Shown piece by piece: positions 38,458 to 52,460 of a stretch of 64,000 nucleotides of DNA. A model generated the notes under the pieces. The model had not been told where the DNA came from and made no database searches. It worked only from the letters and a program-made list of their open reading frames with translations. Numbering within the stretch: the stretch's first letter is position 1; each line of letters opens with the position of its first letter. Source of the stretch: Sminthopsis crassicaudata (lineage: Eukaryota). The translations under genes were made by a program, and so were the position numbers. Location of the stretch: positions 10,532,211 to 10,596,210 of the forward strand of contig NC_133623.1 in assembly GCF_048593235.1 (NCBI RefSeq), given 5' to 3'.

Positions 38458-41260
38458 GGCAACAGCTTCTAGAAAAGTATACCCCAACATCAATTTGTCA
38501 ATAGTATAAGGAAAAATGATTTCCAGGCACATCTAAGAGTGTCCAGAAAAAGGGTAGTTAGATGTTATTGTTGACTGTCAATCAGAGCCTTTCAAATTGA
38601 AGTTGGGAGTTGAGAAGAAAAAGCTTTACGGGGAGCAAGCCAAATGTATTTGTGTGTGATTTCTGCTATTTCCCCTTCCCACATATATCAACCAGGGCCT
38701 TCAAGGAAGATTTAGGTCTTGAGTGAATTAAATAGTTTCACATTTGCAGTATTAACCCAGAACCCGCTGTGAAAATGAGGCTTTCAGCAACATGGAGTTG
38801 GAGAGCTACAGGTATCACTGAAAGTGTATCCATTAATGAACTGAAAAGGGTTTCCATCAAACTCTTAGGAAAGTAGTTTCTTACATTTCTGCCAAAGGAC
38901 ATGACATGAGTCTTGAGCTGTGTTTCAACAAAAGTGATGCTTCATGAGGCTGGCATGACTGGGAATGCAGATTTGTAGCAATGTATGTTGCCTTGTCGAA
39001 ACCCTTCTCTATATTTTTCTCCTGCTCTGAGCCTTTCAAAGAATACCACCTCAATGCAAGACAGACTCATGCCACTGGGAACAGTATACTCCTTTTATTT
39101 GAAATGAATAGATTCTGTGCAAATGTCCAACCTTCTTTGCAGAAAAATGGTTGATCTGCCTTTACTTTGTACCCTTGCTGCATAGAGATGTTGCTTCTAT
39201 GTCAGCTTTTCATTAGCTGAAGAGTTCTGCCTGATCTTCTTAATGGTGGGTGTCGTTGGTCATAATTCGCTTTTTGACCCAGGTGGTCCTTGTGGCTACC
39301 AGAACAAGCTCATCGGGAAGGCCATTAGAAATAAATGAGGGAATGAGTCTCCCTCACAAAGTTCTTTAACTGCAGGTATTTGGAGATCTTTCCACATAGA
39401 AGAGGAAGCTTACTTGTCCTGCTGCTCCAAGAGGCAAAACTATAACCAAAGGGTAAAAGTTACAAGAAGCAGAAAAAATGTTTTTGATGTGGGAGCTATC
39501 TACCAGTGGTCTGGACTGCCTTGGGAGGGCTTTGTAACGTCGAGGCATTCAAGCAGAGGCTGAGTAATAACCTATCAGAGATGCTATAGAAGGGATTCCT
39601 GTACTGAGTGAGAGGTTAACTCCATCACCTCTCAGCTCTCTTCCAACTCAAAGTCCTCTGAGTCTATAATGTATGTTTCAGTGCCATGTAGTTATGGATT
39701 TGTCGTGGGCTGGCAACTCGGGCCCCAGAGAATGATATGCTAATGTCTTAGTCTGCTTTGGTCTTAAAATACTGCTTTAAAGTGGCTTGTCTTTAACAGC
39801 AACTGGTCAGTTAATTCTTTTTTGCTTTTGGACAATGGCAGAGGAAAGTCTAGAACTCTATATAATCTTAATGTGCCCTATTATGAAAAGAAATACAAAA
39901 GTATAAGAGGGCTTGGCCAACTTTTGGTCACAGTGGCTGCTGGATCTAAAACCACATTATTGAAATTTATAGACCAGCACCTAGATTTTATTGATTGATC
40001 CATCTGTCTCATGTAGCTCTTGTTCTGTAAATCCATACTCTCTTTGATAAATATCTAATCCCAAATGTTGAAATACTGGCAGAAACTACTAGTAAAGGGA
40101 TTTTTTTTCCCAGAGAGCAACTCTCACAACTGTGGTAGTCACAAAAACATTCACCTATGCAGAGAGGCTTACCTGGCCCAAAAGTCTAAGACTTCCCAAA
40201 ACATGAAAATGGAATGAACTGACCACACCCAAATCTCCAGTTAAGGTATAGGTCTGGCCCTATTATCCAGACTTGCCTTGATGTTAGATATCAGAATCAG
40301 AATCTGTCCTCTTCCCTTCCTCCCAGCTCTTAAGTTTAGGCTCCTGTGTTGACCTCACCCACAGCCAAAAATGCTGGTTTCCAAGTATGTGATTGGACTG
40401 CAGCAGTGACATTAAGGTGGAAATTTTCAAGTTGCTGTAGTCAGAACTAGTCATTGTTAATCATTTTTTAAAAGTGCATGGGATATGGGATCCTCTTTCT
40501 AGTTGCATTCTGTTTATGATCGCTTGTCTTTGTAGATCTTAGGTCTTTATCAAGACCAACATGGACATACTCCCCAAAGGATTTGCTTCTATTATAGTGG
40601 CGTATGATTTGTTGACTAAAAATCACGTAAATTTCATTTTCTTGGGCCTGCTTTCTACCCAAGACAAATGTTAATCGTCTTGATGGATCGACTGAAGACT
40701 CATTTTTCTTTGCCGCAGCCATACTAATTTCCCTGTCAAATCATTTCATGATCTCTTAACAAAAGTACTTAATTGTAATTCAGGCAGTGGCATTCTGCTG
40801 TGTAACACCCAGTGGACTACTTATGTATAGTTTAGCTAATGTAAAGAAAGGATAATTTAAGCTCCAGAAACTGCAGAAAGGGCTAGTGATTGATGATATA
40901 CCCTGGAATATTTAGTGTTGATGGTTTGGGGTGTTTTTTTTTTCCTGTTTTGGCTTTTGTGTTGAAAGAAGACTAGATTTTTTTAATGAGACATTCCTCA
41001 TTAGAACTACGTATAAGGTGTTGGTTGTTGTTTTTTAATGGTCCTTTAAAATGTCACACCAAATTTTTATTTAGTTCATTTTTCTGTATTAGAAGAAAAT
41101 TCCAGGGGCCTCAAAATTCAATTTGTGCCTGCCTTGGCCATCTCACTTTTGCCCTATGGCAATCCACACTCCTTGTTGCTGGTGCTGCTAAAAGTCTCAA
41201 GAATCGTGTTTCAGGTGTTTTGATTCAGCTATTAAAATTCATCTGTGTTAAAGTGAAATT
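38458..41260 (+). other. RAB9B: RAB9B 3'UTR with candidate poly(A) signal ATTAAA at 41231-41236
   Basis: Follows the stop codon; the ATTAAA is followed by a GT/T-rich stretch (gtgtttttgttatatttg). The end position is inferred. Confidence 0.5.
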
Positions 41261-41967
41261 GTGCAATCTTGTGTTTTTGTTATATTTGAAATAACCAAGG
41301 CTGTAACAGTAAACTTGTTCAAGTTCGGGTTTTTTTGAGCAGCAGACAAGCCTAAGCAACGTCGCCTTAACTTGAAAATCATAAAATGTATACTTCTTTA
41401 ATCCAGTCTCCTCATCTGACAGGAATGGAAACTGAAACCCCACGGTCACATGGCTGGGATCTGAACTCAGGTCTTCTGACACCAAAGCCATTTTTTCCAC
41501 TCTACTACACGGGACAAATAGCTACTTATTGGTTAGCCCACAGGAAAGAAAATCAAAAAGGGGGGAATTTGAGATCTATGTTATCATGTTCCTTAATCAA
41601 TCAGTGGATGTGGACTGATAGCATGGTGTGGTGGAAAGAACACTATTTGTTTCAAATACTGCCTCTATGACTTATTAGCTGTGTCACCCTGGACAAGTCA
41701 CCTAATTTTTCTGAGTCTCAGTTTCCTCAACTGTAAAAGGAAAACGTTAGACTAGATGGTCTCTGAGATCTCTACTCTAGAAACCAAAGCTGTGTTTCTC
41801 CTAGCCTTTATTATAATTTAAAATAAAATATTAAATCACTACAAAATAGAAATGCACTATTAAATATAAACATTTTACCAGCTTATTTTTTTAATTCCTA
41901 AAAATTCACCTGTTCATAGGGCTTTTTTAATGGCAATTAAAATTGACATTTCCAAGGTCACATAGTC

Positions 41968-42415
41968 AATGGCAGTGCTGAGATTTAAAGCCAGGTCCTC
42001 TGACTCGCAATCTAGCAGCCAAAGGCCACATGAAGTTTTTTGGTTTGGTCTTGCCTGTATTACTTAATTTTTCTAATTGATCACTAGGTATGAACCAAAA
42101 TGCCATCAAAAGTGCCATCAATGTGTACTAGATTAATGATAGCTAGTACCAACATTATTATTATCTCTACAGCTTGGAAGCCTCTCCAAGAAGGTAAATT
42201 TTCACCTAAGGTTATCCAGCTAATGCTGAAATCAGGTTCCGTATTCTTGCTAACCTAGTACACATTGATGGTACTTTTGATAGCATTTTGGTTCATACCT
42301 AGTGATCATTAGAAAAATAAAGTGATATAGGCAAGACCAAACAAAAAACTTCACGTGGTCGTTGGCTGCTAGATTGCGAGTCAGAGGACCTGGCTTTAAT
42401 CTCAGCACTGCCATT
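41968..42415. repeat. Inverted repeat with arms 41968-42131 and 42255-42415
   Basis: The arms are reverse complements with about 11 differences in about 164 bp by manual alignment (roughly 93%); the spacer is 123 bp. Confidence 0.92.
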
Positions 42416-42592
42416 TACTAACTATCTGATCTTGGATATATCAAATCGCCTCTTAAGGCCTATGTGTTCTCTAGAAAATGAGGGGGTTAGACTGCATAAC
42501 CTTTCCAAGGTTCATTCCATCCCGAAACGTATGATTCTGCATTTTTGTGTCTCTAAAGATAACTACATCAAAACATTTTGTACTTGCTAGTG

Positions 42593-42755
42593 ACTTTAAA
42601 AATCACATCCCATCTCCCTTCAGGACACAAATCCCAGTACGGTAGATAATTTAGCCACACTACATATCTTTCTACTTTAAAAATCATATCCCATGTCCCT
42701 TCAGGACACAAATCCCAGTACGGTAGATAATTTAGTCACACTACATATGTTTCTA
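42593..42755. repeat. Tandem duplication of an 81-bp unit, 2 copies
   Basis: actttaaaaatca.atcccat.tcccttcaggacacaaatcccagtacggtagataatttag.cacactacatat.tttct occurs twice with about 4 mismatches. Confidence 0.92.
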
Positions 42756-44486
42756 TGAAAGTCTTTTATCTTCTTGGCAATTAAAACCCCACAGAAGACC
42801 TGATTCTGCCAACAAGAGCAGTTTCCATTGTAATCATCCTTGCAACTGAGAATAAGGGTTACCTCTTTCTTGAGTTAGTACCTAATAAATCAATTCCAAG
42901 AGGCAGTGGTGAGGAATGTTTAGATCAATCCCAATTTCTTAGATCAAAATAAATTTTCACAAGACATAAAAAATGTTTGTTCATTCCTCCTAATAGGATC
43001 CTAAATGTGAGTGCCCGCTCTGAGAACGTCTGTGGATAGCACAACTCCAGGGAACTTGGTGTCCATTCTTCACACAACTCTGACGCTGAGAGTGACCTTG
43101 GCCTAGACAAACTTGGAATTGGAGCCATCTCGGAAATTCCTCTCATTTTTTTACTTTTGGCTAAGGCTTAAGCCATCTTCTAGGAGTAAATAAATACACA
43201 GGCCCTAGAAGAGGCTTTCAAACAGTCATTCTGTCTAATTTAAAAGGTTACCTGCTCTTTGTTGAATTTATTCCTGTTCATCACTGGGGAATCTCTGTCT
43301 CTACCAGTACTTCCATATTCCTTTTCCCCTTTCCACTGACTAACACTCATTGGCCAGGTCTTCAAGGTTTATTGCTAGCTGCTAACAATTTAGAAGAGGC
43401 TGATCTAGGGAAACCCTGAGTTTCTTTGTCAGATCAGAAATTTCCCTGTATCTTCTCCTTAGAACCTCAAATAAACCAGTATACATAAGAATAAATCCTG
43501 AAAGCAGAGATTTTCTCTTGAACAACACAAAGAATGTGAGTATTTAACTGTGAGATTACAGCTGCATCCCTGTTCAGTTTGGGGATAGTGGAGAGGACAT
43601 TAGACTTGGAGTCAGCAAGAAATCTGAGTTTGAAAATTGGAGTAGTCACTGACTGTGAGATCCTGAGAATGTCATTCCATCTCTTGGGTATCTGTTTCCT
43701 TCTCTGCAAGATGAAAAAATTGAACTCATGATCACTGAAGTCCCTTCCAGCATGAAATCTGTGATCACTTAAGACCATGGAAATCTTGTACGGTGTCTTC
43801 CTTGCCGATGAAACTTTTATTTTGGTTTATTTTGAAAACTATTTGAGGACAAATCATTAGAAGTTGATGTATAAAGTGGGGCCTGATGTTGAAACAGCAA
43901 AACCCCCAAACCCTCACCTCACTTAGCAGTTGCCCTTTTGTGAAATCATTCTCTAGAGTTTTTCAGAAAAAGGCCTTCTCACTAAAAAACAAAAACCAGT
44001 TTAAGCTTAGTCTTGTCTAAAGGCGGGTCCTATGAAATCAATAATCTTTTTTCAGTCCTGTGTTGTTGTGTTTTTTCCCTAACACAGAGTGGAGAACCAA
44101 GGCCCTAACCTGGATAACTGGGGAGTGGGCAGCTGAGGAAGACCCCTTGCTTTTATTAGGAGAGCAATGGGGACTGGATCTGTGATTTCATAGGAATAGA
44201 TGACTCAGGTGTGAAAACTTCCTCTTCCAAGGCAAGTTGTCATTACCTTCTTTGCGACTTAGAGTCTTAGGTGCCTAGAACAATGAAAGATTAAGTGAAT
44301 TGACCAAGAAATGTCTCCAAAGAGGGACTTCAGACCAGGTCTTCGGTGATTCAGGGTCAGCTCTACCCATTACACCTCACTGCCTGTCTTTATTAAGATT
44401 ATTAGGATTCAAGTAGGCTTCATAGATTCCAGGAATAACCGAAATTAGCACCTGAGCTTTCTTCCCTTTTGTTGAAAAGTGACTTG

Positions 44487-44630
44487 AGGGGCAGCTAGAT
44501 GGATAGAGCACCCACCCTGGAGTCAAGGGAACCTGAATTCAAATGGGACCTCAGACACTTAACACTTTCTAGCCCTGGGACCCTAGGTAAGTCACTTAAC
44601 CCCAACTACCTCTCCAAAAAAAAAAAAATT
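44487..44630 (+). mobile_element. WSINE1/SINE1-like SINE
   Basis: ggggcagctagatggatagagcacc...gtcacttaaccccaac followed by an A tail. Confidence 0.8.
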
Positions 44631-45012
44631 TAAGTGATCTGTACTCACTGTAGAATATTTTAAATTCTAATAATAATACTAGTTAATATTTATGCCACGC
44701 GTNNNNNNNNNNNNNNNNNNNNNNNNNNNNNNNNNNNNNNNNNNNNNNNNNNNNNNNNNNNNNNNNNNNNNNNNNNNNNNNNNNNNNNNNNNNNNNNNNN
44801 NNNNNNNNNNNNNNNNNNNNNNNNNNNNNNNNNNNNNNNNNNNNNNNNNNNNACACTGTGAGGTTGGTGCTATTATTAACCTCATTTTATAGATGAGGAA
44901 ACTGAGACTGAGAAAAGTTAAATGACTCCCAGTCACCTAGCCTAGTAAGTTTCTGAGTCAGGTTTTGAGGTCGGGTGTTCCTGATTCATACCCCTACACA
45001 CTCTCTGGATAC

Positions 45013-45226
45013 CAGAAGCATCAAACATAGCCCTTATGGGCCACATGCTTCTCCCAAGTGAGACCTGAACCAGATCAAAACATAACTGGAAAACATTTAA
45101 CAAAATAAATTTTAAAAATACTAAAACATAGATAATATTACATTTTAAAATTAAATCAACATGTGGGATTCAGAGAACCTTCTGTACCATTTAATGGCCT
45201 CCCTTTCTATTTGAGATTAACCACTG
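45013..45226. mobile_element. Decayed hAT/Charlie-type MITE
   Basis: Termini cagaagcatcaaac ... ttgagattaaccactg are degenerate CAG...CTG inverted repeats, with CpG-decayed ggcc/gggcc subterminal motifs. No TSD is recognisable. Confidence 0.55.
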
Positions 45227-45366
45227 TACTCCACCACACTGTCTCTTTCTTCTTCCTGACTGCCTCCAGCAAAAAACTAACTGCATTTGACAAAGGAAAA
45301 CATTGCTCCATTTCACAATATTGTTAAGATTTGTTAGCTAAATTGTTCCATTTTATCACCTATGCT

Positions 45367-45544
45367 CTAGTTTCTTAAACTGTGGCTCATGACCCCATAT
45401 GGAGTCTTATAACTGAATGTGGGGGTCATGAAATTCTGACTTCTCCTCAGTAAATGTTTGATTTGTGTATCTATTTTGCCAGGGTCATGCAAAAATTTAT
45501 CAGGCAAAAATGGGTCAGGAGTGGAAAAAATTGAAGAAGCCCTG
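45367..45544. mobile_element. Decayed hAT/Charlie-type MITE
   Basis: Termini ctagtttcttaaac ... ttgaagaagccctg, with repeated ggggtcatg/catgacccc (decayed GGGGTCGCGACCCC) motifs. Confidence 0.6.
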
Positions 45545-47667
45545 CTTTGTGCCATAGGATGGGCACTCGTTAATGTTTCCTTTGACCAAGTCAGAGGCCT
45601 GGCTTGTCTTACATTCTGATCTCTTTATTTCCTCTTCTTCCTCCTCCTCCTCCTCCTCTTCCTCCAGGGTACAAGTGGTGATAAGGAGAGAGACTAGCTA
45701 GCAACATTTGCTGAAAGAAATATTATAAACTGTCTTCTTCTGGAGACCCTTATAGAAACTGGAAAGGAATGGCCTAATTAGGGGGAAGTGTCATGTTTTT
45801 CCAAGAAGAACATTAGCTTTTCTCTGGCTCAAGACAAGCCTCTATAGACCCATAGCAACTGCCACCATTCTTTGCATGTTTTCTAAAATGGCTTTGTCTG
45901 TTCAAAAGCAACCTGCAGAATGATAATGCAGGCAGATGATTCTGTTTAAGTGGTGCGCTTTTGATAGCTGGATGTGTGTGTGTTTCAGCAATGCTAATGC
46001 TTTTCAGATTTGTGAATTATAGGCACTTATGTGCATAATGAGCCTTACTTCAGAGCTTCTGATTTTTAACCAGACTCACAGCTTTATATTCTTTTTTTTT
46101 AATTGATAAAAAACATTTGGGCAGCACTACTCTAATGAAAGGAAATAGCCCTTAATTCAACATTGGCTTTATTGATTAAAATTTTTTTTAAAAATTGAAT
46201 CTTGGCTACAGGGTACATCTGTGGAGAGGCAGGAAGCAGTTTTATCCTTTGTCTTTGCCTATACCTTAGAAACAGCTTATTTAACCCCTGATCCAATGAA
46301 TTACTCTGTCGAATAATGAAATGTGTTGACACTTTTGGAAACTTTTCCTATCCTTTCCTGGCTTGAAGCCCCATTGTCACCCATTCTTGAAAAAGCTAGG
46401 GAGAAATTGAATCAATATAGGGCCATCTTAGAGTATTAGGGACAAGGAAGACTTAGGGGTGGAATTCACCAAAGGAAAAATAGGATATTTTCTATATGCA
46501 TCTTATGCTCTTGGGCACAGACAGAACTGATATCTAGAGGATGACAAAATAGATAATGGTGAGAGGCGGGAAAATATCAATCCCTCCATCATTTTGTGGA
46601 CATCAAGTCATACAATCAGTTTTATTTTGGTGGCTTAAATTTAGATTTCTAGGATTGTATAGACATAGCCCAAGTGGTGGGGACTTTAAAATTCTCACCC
46701 ACAAGGGGGAAATGAGAGACCACAGAGTGGCTCAACCCTTGAATGTGAACTCCAAATAGAAAAGCTGACATTTTAGTCTCTTCCTTCCAATGTTACAGAT
46801 TTAATGCACCATTTTTCATTTATTTTGAGTACAATGCTTAATAGATTTTAGCCTCGTTTTTATTTTTTTCCATTAAGGAGAGCTAGTGTGAACTAGTAGA
46901 ATAGTAGAAAAGGCACCAGGGAGGAGCTTTAAGAGATCCAAGATCTAACCAGGGCTCTGTCATTGATTTGCCATGTGATCTTGATTAAGAACTTTGCTTC
47001 AGTTTCCTCCTCTGTAAAAAGATGGATTGAACTTGGGAATTCTCCAAAATCCCTTCCAGTTCTGACCCTGTGACTTTTTCAGCTTCATTTATAAAAATGC
47101 CCCATGACTCAGAGTTTGTGACATATAAGTGCCCTGAAGAACGTCAAGTCATTACAACACAACATCTTGTGTGTGATGGGCCAAAGTGATATCATAACAT
47201 AAGCAAACTTTAGAGAAAATGTGTTTCTTGAGAAAACCTCCTAGTTGTATGACCCTAGGCAAATCATTTACCCTGTTTGCCTCAGTTTCCTCCTCTGTAA
47301 AATGAGCTAGAGAAGAAAATGGTAAAGTACTCGGGTATCTTTGGGAAGAAAACCCCAAATGGGATAGCTAAGAGTCAGGTGAAATGACTGAACCGCAACA
47401 AAAATGTTGACAACAAAACATCAGCTTTTTGAGAGTAGGAATTGTTTCATTTCTGTCTTTGTGTCCCAAGTGATTAACAAAGTATCTGACACACTCAACA
47501 TTTAATCTGTTAAACGATGAAGGCTTCATTAAACATGTGGCCCCACAAAAGGTAGAACTATACTTATTAGCATCACATTTGGGATCACAGTGTTTCCTTG
47601 ATCATATATAAGTGAGTACTCTTGTAACTGGTGGCCTGTTGATATGACATAAAAGCTAAGTCATGGC

Positions 47668-47668
47668 T

Positions 47669-47711
<43 letters not shown>

Positions 47712-47717
47712 ACACAC
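47668..47717. repeat. (CA)n microsatellite (others at about 53846-53885, and (TG)n at about 55005-55038)
   Basis: Direct reading of the sequence. Confidence 0.9.
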
Positions 47718-50700
47718 CCTTGAAAAGGGAGAGCAAACAGGTCTAGAAAAAACCAAAGCTGATGATGGTTAGATGTGTACACAGCCTCATTCCCTGGAGG
47801 GAAGGCTGGGAGGCTCCAGGATCCCTTAGGGGAGCCATGGGGCTCCAGAAAGGGCAGTATCCAAAGCCAGACTTAGAGGGAGGGCTTTGGAGATAAGGGA
47901 NNNNNNNNNNNNNNNNNNNNNNNNNNNNNNNNNNNNNNNNNNNNNNNNNNNNNNNNNNNNNNNNNNNNNNNNNNNNNNNNNNNNNNNNNNNNNNNNNNNN
48001 NNNNNNNNNNNNNNNNNNNNNNNNNNNNNNNNNNAATATAAGTGATGTGGGTTAAACATGTCCCTTTTCCTGAGGTGTCCTGCTACCACAGAGTTGAATT
48101 ATAAACCTGCAAAACTATGTAAACCCTGTGCCTAAGGCACCCCATGTTTAAGTGAGCCTTCCCAGCTGTGTAACCATGGGAAAACCCTTTTATTTCTCAT
48201 CTGGAAAATAGATATAATAATATGGGCAAATCCATTTACTTCTCAGTGCCCTCCAGGGAACTCTCTGAATCTAAAAAGTACAAGATTTGCTGATTTGAAG
48301 GAAAGAAGGAGTGAAATCCCAGGTTCAGATCCTCTCCCTTAAAATACCCATAAGACATGTCTCACGGAAAGGTCATATATTATCATCTCTCTTTTATCTG
48401 TTCTGGGAAGCTTCCAGGGCTAACATTCTTTACCAGAAAATATCTTTTTCCCTGTTGGGGTTTTTTTCCTCCCCCCCTAGCCAGGACTAAAATGAGTCCC
48501 AGGATTCAGTTGGCCCAGTTAGCAGGGATCTGAAAGGGTATCTAATCCAATGTAGATGTGAACAAGAATCTCTTCTCCAGCATTCTCAATTAATCCAGTC
48601 TCTGAAGACTTCCAGAGAAAGGAAACCCAGTCCCTCCCAGGGTAGTTCCTTCCACTTGGGGAGAGCACTAATTAAGAGAAGCTAACTATTATCGCTCTTG
48701 ATGGACCGGACCTGGGAGACTTTTGGCAGTGGATAGAATGCCAGTGGATAGAAGTCAGAATGAGCTGAATTTAAATCTGGCCTCAGATGCTTACTAATTG
48801 TGTGACCCTGGACAAGTCATACAATGCCCATTTGCCTCAGTTTCCTCACCTGTAAAATGGACATAATACTAGCATCTATCTCACAGGATTGTTGTGAAGA
48901 TCAAATGAGTTAATCATTTTCAAGTGCTTAAAACAGTGCCTGGCACAGAGTAAGCCTTATATAAATGTTAGCAATTAAAGTCAGCTATATTCCCTATTAT
49001 CTCAATCAAAGAAAGTGAGGTAACCCTTGAAACACTTGAGCCTCATGCTATTCGATTAAGAGTTATTTCTTTTTATTTCCATCCCCAAGTTTCCTTTTTA
49101 TCAACTATTTAAGAAAGAACCCTTGAAAAGTCTGGTTAAAACTCAGAGGTTCATTATAAGTAGCCATAATCCTTGTAACATAAGCAGAGTTAAGTACCGT
49201 GAGGGATAACTTTTTTCCCTGACATGCATTGTTCTGGACTCCTTTGGCTCAGAGATACTTGGCAATTGATTATGGGAATTGCCAGTTAATTGATGCTTGG
49301 ATAGTGGTTCCTTGTCTCATTCATTAGCTTTACTTCATTGGCACAAAGCCAAGGCTGCCAATGGTTGTTCTTTCAACTGAGATGGATGGTTTACAAGTGC
49401 TGGACTAGCTGAGCTTAGAGTTTCTACGAAGGATGGAGTTTTGTGTTATCTTCTTGGAGCATTCTCTCCCTATCTGTCTGCCAGAGCTTCCTATTATTCC
49501 TTCCACCTCATGCCAATGGCTCTTTGGGAAAACAGCCCCGTGCCATTGCAAGATCCAAAAGTACCTCCTGGTTGCCAAAAAAGAAGAAGCATGCAATTTA
49601 ATTTTCTATTTAGACTCGGGCATGTTTCATAGTCAACTATATATGGAGCATAGAATTGGAAGTTTTGGACTGGAAGGGACTTTAAGAGGTGATCAAGTCC
49701 CATTTGACATAGGTGAAATCTGAGGCCCGATGAACTAAAATGATTTGCCCAATGTCACACAAATAGTTAAGTACTTGGCAGAGCTGGGATTTGAACCTGG
49801 GTCCTCTTTCCATTATTTCATCACATGTAGTGTGATTAACCAGAACAGACCAGTGCCTGGGTAACAAGAGATGACTCTCTCTTCCACTTTTTCACCCTAT
49901 TTTGTTTTGTTTTTCCTTGAGTATTGCTATTATTCTGTCACGTCCAATTCTTTATGACTCTATTTGAGGTTTTCTTGGCAAAGATACTGGACTGGCTTGA
50001 TATTATCTCCTCAATCCATTTTACAGGTAAATAGGATGAAGTGACTTGTCCAGGGTCACACAGTGAGGAAATGTCTGAGACCAGATTTGAATTTACTTCT
50101 TGACTCCAGGCCCAACACTCTATGCCACGTAGCCCAACACTATGCCACCTAGCTGCCCCTTATCTTTGCATAGTGAGGATTAATAAAGAAATTCCCTCCC
50201 AAAGTTGTTGTGAGAATCAAATGGATCAGTATCTGTAAAGTGTTATACAAATGTTGACTGTTAGTATTATGACTATTATTAGTAGCAATAATAATAAATT
50301 AATGTAAATTTACTGTTAACAGCTTATATCACATCCATACTCTTTCAGAAATGTGATCTAGTTACATTTTAGAGGTGGAAAAGGTCAGAGAATTACATGT
50401 TTAGAATTGGAGGGAACCTTGAAGGTCATATCATCTAACCTCCTTACTTTACAAATTAAGAAACTAGGCCCAGAAGGGGGAAACAATTTGCCTAAGACTA
50501 CAAAGTCTACTGAATCTTGATTGATAAGTGGAAAGAAAATGACAATACCTTTTCTCTGGTTAAATCCTGTTTCTCTTATCTAGAAAATGGGATGAGTTGC
50601 TAAATCTTGTTCTTTGGCTTCCTGAAAGGGAAAGAGAAGAGGTAAACAACTATAGAGAACCAAGATGGAGGAGAGAAAAATTGGGGATAATTGGTAGAGA

Positions 50701-52129
50701 GAAGGCACCAGCATTCAGGGGGATCAGAAGAGTCTTCACAAAGAAAGTAGAGTTTTAACTGAGATTTGAAAGAAGGTAAGGAGACCAGGAGGGGAGAGCA
50801 CAGTAGAACAGGCTTGGGGGACAGCCAGCGGCACTGAATCAAAGAATATACCAAGAGCAGTCAAGAGTACAGATTATGTGCTTTGTCATAGTTCCAGACA
50901 CTGAGCTAGTAGCTGAGGAGAAAGGAGATACAGAGGTAAATAAAATACAACTCTAGCTATCGAGAAACCGAGAGTATTGTAGGGGAACTGAGGACATGAG
51001 TCTTACCTTGTATTAACAAAATGAAAAGTGTTGTAAGATGTTCAAGGTGCTGTGGAGCTTCAGAAGAAGGAGAGAGAACTTCCAAATGGGAAAATGAGAG
51101 CACTAGACCTGGAGTCAGGTAAATCTGGGTTAAAATCCAGCCTCAGAGACTTGCTAGCAGTGTGACTATGGATCAGTCACTTCACCTCTGTTTGCCTCAG
51201 TTTCCACAACTATAAAATGGGGGGTAATAACAGCATCTCCCTTCCAAGGTTGTTCTGAGGATCAAATGAGATAATATTTGCAAAGTGCTTTGCAAACCTT
51301 AAGGTGCTACAGGAATGCTAGATATTAACACATTGCTGCTTGTATTTTCGAAGTACAGCTAGTGATTTCAACCTTTCCCCAAGTAATTTTTGCCAAGAGA
51401 CTGCAAAGTTTCAGCTTGAAGAAGAATGTAACCTACATGAGGGACCTTTGGGGGAAAGAAGACATNNNNNNNNNNNNNNNNNNNNNNNNNNNNNNNNNNN
51501 NNNNNNNNNNNNNNNNNNNNNNNNNNNNNNNNNNNNNNNNNNNNNNNNNNNNNNNNNNNNNNNNNNNNNNNNNNNNNNNNNNNNNNNNNNNNNNNNNNNN
51601 NNNNNNNNNNNNNNNNNNNNNNGGGACAAACTCCAAGCAGTGGAGAGAGGCAGACTTGCTGAAGATGTGTGTTGTTATTGTTTGTCCTTTTTTCTCAGAG
51701 AGGACCATGACATCAGAGAGTGATGCCATGATCTGCAAGTGAATTGGATTTATGGGGAGGGAGGGCCCTGTGAGGTCACCTGCCTCACTTTCCCTTCTAG
51801 AGCATCTGAGTCCAGTGACCAGATAGAGATCAGAACAACTGGAGATGACCCTAGATGCAGTGGGAGATGTTGGCCTTTTTAAGCTAAAGTCTTCAACAAA
51901 AACATTCAACTTATTTACGGGTAAGTAGCCCCCCTCCTATACACTTATACACAGAACCCACACCCTTGTGGCCTTGGGTACTTCATTTTGCCTCTGATGG
52001 GGCTAGAATAAGTCATCTCCATGTGTAGGAAAAATCAAAGCTCCTCCAAATGTCCTGCTTTTGAGCGTGTCTCTTTAAGGACTTCTGCTTGGATGAAATT
52101 GGAACCTCCATTAAAACCCTTTGGTACTG

Positions 52130-52460
52130 GCTAAGAAATAGAATAGTGAATCAGTGGAATAGATTAGGTTCACAAGACATAGTCAAGGACTATAGTAATC
52201 TGGTGTTTGATAAACCCAAAGACCTCAGTTTCTGGGATTAGAAATCACTATTTGACAAAAATTGCTGGGAAAACTAGAAAACACTATGGCAGAGTCTACA
52301 GCACTGACCAACATCTAATATCCTATACCAAGATAACATTGAAATGGATTCGTGATTTAGACATAAAAGCAAATTAGCAGACAAGGGATAATCTACCTCT
52401 CGGATCTGTGGAGAAAGAAGGATTTTATGGCCAAAGAACTTGAGAACATTAGGAAATAAA
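52130..52460 (+). mobile_element. Old L1 ORF2 C-terminal remnant
   Basis: aatagaatagtgaatcagtggaatagattagg...ctatttgacaaaattgctgggaaaact is typical of late L1 ORF2. Confidence 0.7.
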
